Below are positions 37,174-44,486 of a DNA stretch of 44,486 nt, in pieces. Each line of letters starts with the position of its first letter. Positions within the stretch are counted from its first letter, which is position 1. The position numbers and the translations under genes were made by a program. This stretch comes from an uncultured Bacillota bacterium (GTDB lineage Bacteria > Bacillota_I > Bacilli_A > RFN20 > CAG-449), in NCBI GenBank assembly GCA_905204225.1, contig CAJKZK010000002.1:1-44486 (forward strand), written 5' to 3'. Under the pieces are notes generated by a model. It saw only the letters and a list, made by a program, of their open reading frames with translations. It had not been told where the DNA came from and searched no databases.

Positions 37174-38169
37174 TCATTTTATATCACAAGCTTTTAAAAC
37201 TAATTTATGCAATGTTAATTCATAATCATAATTATAAACATCATCATTAATACCACATAATCTATCATAAAATTCTTTAGGGAATTCATCATATCGATTA
37301 TAATCAGTTGGAAAATTTAATATTTGCATATCAGCCATTTTATCATAAGAATCTTCTTTACCATTTTGTAAAGCCATCCATTTAATAGAAGGTCTTTCAA
37401 AAGGAGATATGCAAATTGTGCCTTTTTCACCAACAACAGTTAATTCTCTTCTATTATGTCCACCAGTTTCAATTGCAGAAGTGCGAACAACACTAATTCC
37501 TTTATCATAATAAAATAAAGCAGTAGCATTATCTATTCCATGAAAGCCTTCTGCTCCAGAACGAAATAATAAAGGTTCAATTTTTTTAGGTTCACCCATA
37601 ATACGTAAAACAAAGTCAATAATATGACCACCAAAAATATACATAGTACCACCTTTAAAAGTTTCTAAATATTTTAAATATTCTTTACTTCTTGGTGCAG
37701 ACATTGCAGTTTCTACATATAAAATATTACCAATAATCCCACTTTCAACTAAAGAAAAAACTTTTTTTACTGCTGGATTAGTACGATATAAATAACCCAA
37801 ATGTACCACTAAGCCTTTTTCTTTAGCATCATTAATTAATTTAGCAAAATCATGATAATTTTCTCCAGTAGGCTTATCTAAATGAATATGTTTATTTTTA
37901 TCGATACATTTTTGACCTGCTCTTAATAAGTCATTTACTTCAGTTTCTATAACAAGAGCATCACATTTATCAATCAATTCATCTTCATTTAAGCGAGGTA
38001 AGCCTTTATAACAATCTAAATTACCTCTTTTGTTTAACCAATATTCATCATTTTCAGAATATCCAACTATTTCAAAAAGTTCAGGATGTTTTCTAAAAGC
38101 TTCCATGTGTCCTTGAGCATGATTATGACCTATACCAATTTGTCCAATTTTAAATATCTTTTTCTCCAT
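37174..38169 (-). CDS. Gfo/Idh/MocA family oxidoreductase (GxGHNH variant)
   Basis: KIGQIGIGHNH...HIHLDKPTG. Confidence 0.8.
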   Translation of the reverse strand: MEKKIFKIGQIGIGHNHAQGHMEAFRKHPELFEIVGYSENDEYWLNKRGNLDCYKGLPRLNEDELIDKCDALVIETEVNDLLRAGQKCIDKNKHIHLDKPTGENYHDFAKLINDAKEKGLVVHLGYLYRTNPAVKKVFSLVESGIIGNILYVETAMSAPRSKEYLKYLETFKGGTMYIFGGHIIDFVLRIMGEPKKIEPLLFRSGAEGFHGIDNATALFYYDKGISVVRTSAIETGGHNRRELTVVGEKGTICISPFERPSIKWMALQNGKEDSYDKMADMQILNFPTDYNRYDEFPKEFYDRLCGINDDVYNYDYELTLHKLVLKACDIK

Positions 38170-38172
38170 AAT

Positions 38173-39516
38173 TTAATTTATTTTCACTTTTATATAATCT
38201 TCATCATATTCCAATAATTGTTCTTCTTTTATATAACTTTCCCAATCTTTAAAATATTCTTCTTTTGATGTATATAGAGGTTTATATTCATTTATAACTT
38301 CTTTAGCAAGTTTAGCATCATCACTAAGTAATGCATTTAAAATAGATAATTGTCCTTGAGCAGATAATACACAAGCTTTATCTACATCAGCAATATGAAA
38401 ATCAACACCATGACTAGTTCCTTTAGCCCCTGCAATATAAGGATGAACAACAGGCATAATGCAACTTAAATTACCCATATCTGTTGATCCATTTCCCCAG
38501 TTGTTAGTTAATCTTATCTTTTCTCTACCAACTAACGTTGACATAACATCAACAGTTATTTCTCTTAATTTATTAGAATTATTTAAAGGTGCAAAACCTG
38601 GATAATCATTAATAGACATTTTTGCCCCCATAGCTAAGGCTCCAGATGCTAAAGCACGGTTAATTTTTTTATTAGTCATTTGAATTGTTTTTAAAGATTT
38701 ACCACGAATAAAAGTAGAAATTTTTGCAACACTTGGAATAATACTAACAGCTTCTCCACCATTAGTAATAATTGGATGTACTCTAATATGATCATCTTCT
38801 TTAAATGTTTCTCTTAAAGCATTAATAGCATTTAAACCAAGAGTAGCAGCATATAATGCATTTATTCCAAGATCAGGGCAACTACCAGCATGAGCACCAA
38901 CACCATAATAAGTAACATCTTTCATTAAGCACCCATTACATCCAGCATGTAAATCTAATATTGTCGCAGTATTTGTGCCAGTATGAAACATATAAGCTAT
39001 ATCAACACCATCAAAATAACCACGATATAAAAATTCATCTTTTCCACCTAAAAAATGTATAATACCTTTTTTCCTTAATTCATTTCTTTTTTCTAATTCT
39101 ATACCTTCTTCAGCCGGAACACATACTAGTCTAATAGATCCACTCAATCCATCTAACGCGTCTTCTTCTTTCAACGCTAAAGCAATTCCCACCATTGCAG
39201 CACATTGAGCGCAATGTCCACATGCATGAGCGTTACCATTTACAGCAGCAAAATGATTAGGTACTGCTAAAGCATCAAGTTCAGCTAAAATCATCACCTT
39301 AGGTCCATCTTTTTCTGTATCAATATCAGTATAGAAACCAGGAATATTATTTGCTTTATGTAAAATATATCCATTTTTTTCAAAAATATTTTCTAAATAA
39401 TGGCTTGTTTCCCATTCATTATACCCAGTTTCAGGATGTGACCAAATAAATTCTTCAGCCTCATAAATTTCTTTTTTATGTTTATTAACAAAATCTATAT
39501 ATTTTTGGTATTTCAT
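38173..39516 (-). CDS. M20 family metallo-amidohydrolase (AbgB-like)
   Basis: EFIWSHPETGYNEWETS..., plus the H/D/E metal-ligand pattern AHACGHC. GAGGTG lies upstream. Confidence 0.75.
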   Translation of the reverse strand: MKYQKYIDFVNKHKKEIYEAEEFIWSHPETGYNEWETSHYLENIFEKNGYILHKANNIPGFYTDIDTEKDGPKVMILAELDALAVPNHFAAVNGNAHACGHCAQCAAMVGIALALKEEDALDGLSGSIRLVCVPAEEGIELEKRNELRKKGIIHFLGGKDEFLYRGYFDGVDIAYMFHTGTNTATILDLHAGCNGCLMKDVTYYGVGAHAGSCPDLGINALYAATLGLNAINALRETFKEDDHIRVHPIITNGGEAVSIIPSVAKISTFIRGKSLKTIQMTNKKINRALASGALAMGAKMSINDYPGFAPLNNSNKLREITVDVMSTLVGREKIRLTNNWGNGSTDMGNLSCIMPVVHPYIAGAKGTSHGVDFHIADVDKACVLSAQGQLSILNALLSDDAKLAKEVINEYKPLYTSKEEYFKDWESYIKEEQLLEYDEDYIKVKIN

Positions 39517-39670
39517 ATTACACCTCTATCAAAATTATAACAAAAATATTTATTAAAAAATTATAGGCTAAAAAATTTAATAAAAAATAACTTAATCTAT
39601 AATTTATTAATTATGACAAAAAAATTCTATCTATTTAAACCATTCTCATAATTTTTTACTAATTAAAAAT

Positions 39671-40432
39671 TCAGTCGCTTTCTGTTCCTCTTGTAGCAAG
39701 GTTTCTACCACCATCAACAATTAGATCATGTCCTGTAATGAAACGAGCTTTAGAAGATGCTAAGAACATAATTGCATTTGTAATATCTCTAGGAGAAGGT
39801 GTCATATGCAAATAATTAGTATGATTTAAATTACCATTTGTAGCGTTTTGTGTAGGAATCATACCTGGACAAACACAATTGACATTAATACCAAATTTAC
39901 CTAATTCTTTTGCCATTGATTTACTCATTGAAACAACACCTCCTTTTGAGGCCGCGTATTCACTATGCATAACATGTCCTTCTAGGCCTACAACTGAAGA
40001 TGTATTAATTATTTTACCATGTTTTGCTTTAATCATATATTGAGCACATTTTCTACAAAAATAGAATGTACCAAATAAGTTGACTCCAATTATATTTTGA
40101 AACACTTCATCACTTTGTTCATAAAAGAAATGACGATTTTTTCTAGCAGAACCACCTGCTAAATTTATTAAAATATCAACATTTCCAAAATCTCTAATTA
40201 CTTCTTCTACACAATTATTAACTTCATTAGAGTTTAAAATATTTGTTAAATATAATTTTGCCGTTCCACCAAAATCTTTGATTTCATTAACTACTTTATT
40301 TCCTAATTCTTCGTTGAAATCAACAATAGCTACTTTTGCTCCACACTTAGCAAATTCTTTAGCGCAATCAGATCCTATGCCACCAGCACCACCAGTTATA
40401 ATAATAACTTGATTATTAAATTCATTTTCCAT
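39671..40432 (-). CDS. SDR family oxidoreductase
   Basis: ITGGAGGIGS, NLAG, YAASKGG. The preferred start is ATG 40432 (MENEFNNQ). Confidence 0.85.
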   Translation of the reverse strand: MENEFNNQVIIITGGAGGIGSDCAKEFAKCGAKVAIVDFNEELGNKVVNEIKDFGGTAKLYLTNILNSNEVNNCVEEVIRDFGNVDILINLAGGSARKNRHFFYEQSDEVFQNIIGVNLFGTFYFCRKCAQYMIKAKHGKIINTSSVVGLEGHVMHSEYAASKGGVVSMSKSMAKELGKFGINVNCVCPGMIPTQNATNGNLNHTNYLHMTPSPRDITNAIMFLASSKARFITGHDLIVDGGRNLATRGTESD

Positions 40433-40544
40433 AAAATACCTTCTTTCTAATTTCAGTATAAAGAAAATGATATTTTTCAAAATAGACAAATTGTTTATTT
40501 TTATAAATTTTGCTTTTCTAATTTTAATATGTTATTATTTACAT

Positions 40545-41309
40545 ATGAAAAACATATTGATTACTAACGTAAAATCAATTTCTTGCACTTTTTCTTCTAG
40601 TGATTCTGGAGGAAGAAGAAATAATCGTACAAATCACGCTTTGATTTTTAAATTTGAAGGTGAAACAATTTATGATTCTAATCATAAAATAATAATTTCT
40701 AATGCAGAAAATATTGCATTTTTGCCTAAAGGATGCAATTATATTTGGAAATCAAAAAAAGAAGGTCACTTTTATTCAATTGAATTTGAAGGTGAAGTTG
40801 ATGAAACTGAAATAAAACTATTTAAATATCCATATAAAGATAAAATATTAAAAATCTTTAATAATTATGAGCATGATGTTTTAAAAAATAGCCAAATAAA
40901 AAAATTTTTAATGGCAAAATGTGCATATGATATTTTATACGAATTGCTTATTTATGAATTAAGCAAACATTATTTGCCAACAAGTAAGAAAAATGATGTC
41001 GATAAAATAATAGAATACATAAATAAAAACATTGCATCAAATTTATCTAATGAAATGTTAGCAAAGAAATTCGGTTATAGTGTTTCTTATTTTCGCAATG
41101 TTTTTTATAAAGCCATGAATATATCGCCTATGCAATATGTCAATAAAATAAGGATGGAAAAAGCTATAGAAATGCTTGATAGTGACTATGGAACAATAAC
41201 TAATTTAGCAGAATCATTAGGATATCAAAATGTATATCATTTTTCTTCTGCTTTTAAAAAATATTATGGTCTAAGTCCATTACAATATAAACATGAATTT
41301 TTAATGTAA
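40545..41309 (+). CDS. AraC family transcriptional regulator
   Basis: C-terminal double HTH: LAKKFGYSVSYFRNVFYKAMNISPMQYVNKIRMEKAIEML...ESLGYQNVYHFSSAFKKYYGLSPLQY. The start is taken at MKNILITN; no clear Shine-Dalgarno sequence is present. Confidence 0.85.
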   Translation: MKNILITNVKSISCTFSSSDSGGRRNNRTNHALIFKFEGETIYDSNHKIIISNAENIAFLPKGCNYIWKSKKEGHFYSIEFEGEVDETEIKLFKYPYKDKILKIFNNYEHDVLKNSQIKKFLMAKCAYDILYELLIYELSKHYLPTSKKNDVDKIIEYINKNIASNLSNEMLAKKFGYSVSYFRNVFYKAMNISPMQYVNKIRMEKAIEMLDSDYGTITNLAESLGYQNVYHFSSAFKKYYGLSPLQYKHEFLM

Positions 41310-41422
41310 ATTCTAATTTTTCACAATAAATTAGTTATTAACATTAATAATATTAGCTAATAATATCTTTTTTATAAATTTATTTCATTTTCAAACCAAT
41401 TTTAGTAATAATTTAAATCTAG

Positions 41423-41456
41423 AAAAAAAGTTTGACACATTTTACTGTATCAAACT
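41423..41456 (-). terminator. Rho-independent terminator after the SASA-GLUG gene
   Basis: Minus-strand RNA: AGTTTGA-loop-TCAAACT, followed by T7. Confidence 0.6.
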
Positions 41457-41491
41457 AAATAATGTAATTATCAAAAATTTTTTTAATAAAT

Positions 41492-43846
41492 TTATTTACC
41501 AAAATTATTTGTGCATTCTTCTACTTTACCTTGTCCTGTTTTATAGCCTACAATATATCCAACATATTTTGTTTTTGAAGAATCACCATATTGATCAGAA
41601 GGAACAATAATTTTTTCTTCTTCATTTTCTTTATATTTAACTACTACTTCTCCATTATTAATACATTTATTTACAGTTGAGCCATATACCATACCAGCAA
41701 TACCGCCACATCTATATCCGCCTTTAGAATCCTCTAGTGTAGCTTCTACTTTGCCATCATTTGTTGAATTAGATAATGTAGAAGTTCTATTACCATCATA
41801 GCCAAGAGCCCCTATGACTCCTCCAACATAATTTGTTCCTTTTATATCACCATAATTATGAACATCATCAATAGTGGTATTAGAATAATTAAGTACTCCT
41901 ATAATTCCTCCAGTATTTGTTTTACCAATAACTATACCATGATTATATAATTTACTTGTTGTAAAATTTTTTCCTCTTCTAAGTAAACCTATTACTCCTC
42001 CAGTATTATATCCTCTATTATAAACATATCCATTATTAGTTAAATTTTCTAATGCAGTTACTCCTTCTTCTACAGTTCCAATTACTCCACCTACACCTTG
42101 CTTATCGTGAAAATTAGTAACTGAGCCAAATATTGAACCATTATTTATTGAATTAATAACTTCTCCTTCATTTAAGAAACCTACTACTCCACCTATATGT
42201 CCTTTACCATTTTCATAAAATCTACCCGCTATATTCGCATTATTAATAACATTTTCTACTTTGCCACCATTTAAATATCCAACTATTCCACCAGCTACTC
42301 TATTTCTAGCAAAGATAGTTCCTGATGTAGAAACATTTTTAATTGTACCTGAGCTTGCATTAAATAAACCAGATACATACATTTTATATATACGTACTTC
42401 TACATTATGATTATCTCCATCAAAATTTCCTTTAAATTCTTTTGTAGACCATTTTCCGTTTACTAAATCGCCATCACCAATACCAGTAAAATTAGGATTA
42501 CTCATATTTAAATCGCAATTTAATTTAACAAATTTATTTAAATAATCATTACCTTCTTTAACATCTTTTGCAAAGAAAGCCATATCTGAAGGAGAATTAA
42601 TTAAATATGGATTAGTTTCAGTTCCTTCACCAGTTAATGAAGTTGAATAATCTATTCCATTCCATCTATTTTCTTCATATTTAGGCTTTTCATAAATAAT
42701 TTCTTTATTATTTAAATCTTTAATAACTAAATCTATATTCTTTCCAAATTCTTCACCTAAATTTAACATTGCATTAGCATCTAAATGAGCATAATCTTTA
42801 TTATCTTTATATGTTGACACCCATGAACTTGATTCTACATCAATAAAATGATTTTTATTACTTTTAGCAGCATAATCTTCTTTTATTTGATTAATTACAT
42901 TATAATTACCCCAATAATTTGTTATACCAGCATCAATAATAGATAAGCCATTAGGCGTAATATAATTTTTACTTTCCCAATTAGCCTTTAAATCATTTAC
43001 ATGACATTTCCAATTATTCTCGTATTCATCATAATAATCTTTTGCATCATTTTCTCCTTGCATCCAGCAATAAGAAATAATTTCAGGATATTCATTATTT
43101 TCTTTTATTAAATCCATACTTTCATCAGTGAATTTAAGTAAAAAATTAAACAAATTATCATCTTTTATTTCTTTATTAGAAGAAGGTGAATACCAATTAT
43201 TATGTAATGTTGTCCCTCCTGTAGCAGTTTTAATAATGTAAAATTTTTCATTAGGATAATTTTTACTTAAATAATCTGCTATTCCAATCTCAGGTCCAAA
43301 AGATAATAATGTTGTATCATTAGGTTTTCTTCCTTGACCTAATTTAACAGGAACAAATCCATCTGATTTTTTATTTGCAGAATCAGAATATGGACTTAAA
43401 TTATAATTAATTTTAATATTATCAAAGCCTAAAGCAAATTTTTCTTGTTGCTCTAATGTTAAATGACTTGCGTAAGAATGTCCAACAGCATTAGATTGTC
43501 CTGCTAAAACAATTACTTTTACAATATCTTTTTCTTCTTTATAATCACAATTTTCTCTTTTGCAATTTGAAACCATTTTTGATCCATCTTTATTTCTTGT
43601 ATAATCACTTAAATCATGACCTAAAGCAGGAATTGTTTCAGTATAATTTTTAGAAGCATCTTCATTACAAATAAATGTTTTTAATCCTTCATTTGTGCAT
43701 GTTGGTTTTTTTGTTATTTCTTCTCTATATGTATAATTTATATTTGTACCAGTGCTAGTGCTTGAACTAGATGTATTAGTTGTAGTATTACAACCTGTTA
43801 TCATCATTAAAGTTGCACATAAAGGTAATAATTTTTGTTTTTTCAT
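41492..43846 (-). CDS. Surface lipoprotein: Cys-rich module + SASA/SGNH-type carbohydrate esterase + GLUG-motif repeat domain
   Basis: Lipobox MITGC. Cys-rich module: KKPTCTNEGLKTFICNEDASKNYTETIPALGHD. Esterase motif: VIVLAGQSNAVGHS. The C-terminal roughly 390 aa are clearly homologous (substantial identity by eye) to 34181..35923. Confidence 0.75.
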   Translation of the reverse strand: MKKQKLLPLCATLMMITGCNTTTNTSSSSTSTGTNINYTYREEITKKPTCTNEGLKTFICNEDASKNYTETIPALGHDLSDYTRNKDGSKMVSNCKRENCDYKEEKDIVKVIVLAGQSNAVGHSYASHLTLEQQEKFALGFDNIKINYNLSPYSDSANKKSDGFVPVKLGQGRKPNDTTLLSFGPEIGIADYLSKNYPNEKFYIIKTATGGTTLHNNWYSPSSNKEIKDDNLFNFLLKFTDESMDLIKENNEYPEIISYCWMQGENDAKDYYDEYENNWKCHVNDLKANWESKNYITPNGLSIIDAGITNYWGNYNVINQIKEDYAAKSNKNHFIDVESSSWVSTYKDNKDYAHLDANAMLNLGEEFGKNIDLVIKDLNNKEIIYEKPKYEENRWNGIDYSTSLTGEGTETNPYLINSPSDMAFFAKDVKEGNDYLNKFVKLNCDLNMSNPNFTGIGDGDLVNGKWSTKEFKGNFDGDNHNVEVRIYKMYVSGLFNASSGTIKNVSTSGTIFARNRVAGGIVGYLNGGKVENVINNANIAGRFYENGKGHIGGVVGFLNEGEVINSINNGSIFGSVTNFHDKQGVGGVIGTVEEGVTALENLTNNGYVYNRGYNTGGVIGLLRRGKNFTTSKLYNHGIVIGKTNTGGIIGVLNYSNTTIDDVHNYGDIKGTNYVGGVIGALGYDGNRTSTLSNSTNDGKVEATLEDSKGGYRCGGIAGMVYGSTVNKCINNGEVVVKYKENEEEKIIVPSDQYGDSSKTKYVGYIVGYKTGQGKVEECTNNFGK

Positions 43847-43865
43847 ATTCTAAAATGTTTCTTAA

Positions 43866-43947
43866 TTGAAACCCCTTTCAAAAATATTTTAATCTATATT
43901 TATTTTTTTAAAAATGGTCAATATGATATTTTTATCAAAATTGATAA
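43866..43947 (-). promoter_or_regulatory. Conserved upstream block: TTGAAAGGGGTTTCAA (43866-43881), TAAAAT, TTGACC-17-TATAGA (TTGACC at 43916-43921), perfect palindrome TTATCAA-AA-TTGATAA (43932-43947)
   Basis: Counterpart of 37028-37106. Confidence 0.55.
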
Positions 43948-44340
43948 AATAATGTTCGAATATTTAATTGTGTAATCTACAATTAGCTTATAAAAATAAT
44001 TCTAATTAATCAGTAGTTTTTAATGGCTTTTATAACAAAAAAAACTTATTGAAGTTAAGATTCATAAAGATTCTCACGCACTTTTTCTTACTTCTAGAAA
44101 AAGTTTATTCGTCTTATTTATAAATTACTTAAAGATAAAAAACTTTATGAATTTCCTTCAAATATTAATTAACTATTATATTCTAATTTCAAAGATCAAC
44201 GACTTTAACTCAGCTATGAGATTTTTGTTGTTTATACATAATATTAATTTTTATCAAAATTTATTTTTTCTATCTTGACATATTACTAGTATGCTTAAAT
44301 TCTAATATAAAAATTAATTAAAAATATTTATTTATTTTTC

Positions 44341-44486
44341 TTAGCCATATTCAGAAACAATTATTTCTTCTGCTCTTTTTTTAGTATAAATTAAGTTTTC
44401 TTCTACTTTTGTTAATCTTTGTAATAAATCATGATATCTTTCATCAACATTTGATATTTTCTTTTCCATTCGATTACCACATGCTT
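44341..44486 (-). CDS. Short or partial ORF ending ...MEKKISNVDERYHDLLQRLTKVEENLIYTKKRAEEIIVSEYG
   Basis: The frame is open to the window edge. There is an internal ATG at 44469, and TAA at 44341-44343. Function unknown. Confidence 0.3.
   Translation of the reverse strand, partial: ACGNRMEKKISNVDERYHDLLQRLTKVEENLIYTKKRAEEIIVSEYG

Noticed and set aside
43932-43947. Fur box
   Set aside because: TTATCAA-AA-TTGATAA has the half-sites in the opposite order to the Fur 7-1-7 motif (TGATAAT-N-ATTATCA), and all associated genes are carbohydrate-related.
44147-44278. 43-codon plus-strand ORF MNFLQILINYYILISKINDFNSAMRFLLFIHNINFYQNLFFLS
   Set aside because: It has no ribosome-binding site and a low-complexity hydrophobic composition typical of random AT-rich frames. 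It has no neighbouring plus-strand genes.
1-44486. tRNA, rRNA, riboswitch or T-box leaders (for example ahead of the aro operon)
   Set aside because: No GC-rich structured segments of suitable length are present. All intergenic regions are short or almost pure A/T.

Overview
AT-rich (by eye about 25-30% G+C) bacterial chromosomal segment. It uses the standard genetic code: TGA is a stop at 25822, 31220 and 39671, and TGG encodes Trp. About 40 genes are packed tightly on the minus strand; only two AraC-family regulators are on the plus strand. I saw no rRNA, tRNA, CRISPR array, transposase or integrase. Reading along the minus strand from high to low coordinates: (a) A secreted SASA-esterase/GLUG-repeat lipoprotein (41492-43846) convergent with an AraC regulator. 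(b) An SDR, an M20 amidohydrolase and a Gfo/Idh/MocA oxidoreductase. (c) An intracellular GH43, an unlisted 41-codon ORF and a second GLUG-repeat protein (34181-36992), convergent with another AraC regulator. (d) A roughly 14.5-kb, 13-gene operon-like glycan-utilisation locus (18719-33196). It encodes redox enzymes, a DMT transporter, three surface lipoproteins including a GH43, a 631-aa solute-binding lipoprotein, two permeases, an MsmX-like ATPase carrying an insertion, and three small or unknown enzymes. (e) An orphan HipA-like kinase gene bracketed by 43-bp direct repeats. (f) A housekeeping operon aroQ-aroF-aroA-mnmE-tatD-rnmV-rsmA. (g) A small accessory patch: a 34-bp tandem repeat, an AAA ATPase with a PD-(D/E)xK tail, and a decayed ATPase remnant. 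(h) An ABC-2 exporter pair. (i) An ECF-type sigma factor and a membrane anti-sigma with a long coiled-coil ectodomain. (j) A Big_2/CBM-like lipoprotein, a small membrane protein and a GH3 that is missing from the ORF track and runs off the window start. Six proteins carry lipoboxes, and I saw no wall-anchoring (LPXTG- or SLH-type) motifs, which would fit a wall-less or Mollicutes-like low-GC Firmicute; that is only an inference. The best candidates for new biology are the lipoprotein-based glycan locus with its oxidative enzyme set, the shared operators linking four promoters, the duplicated AraC/GLUG modules with the small ORF, and the repeat-flanked HipA-like cassette.
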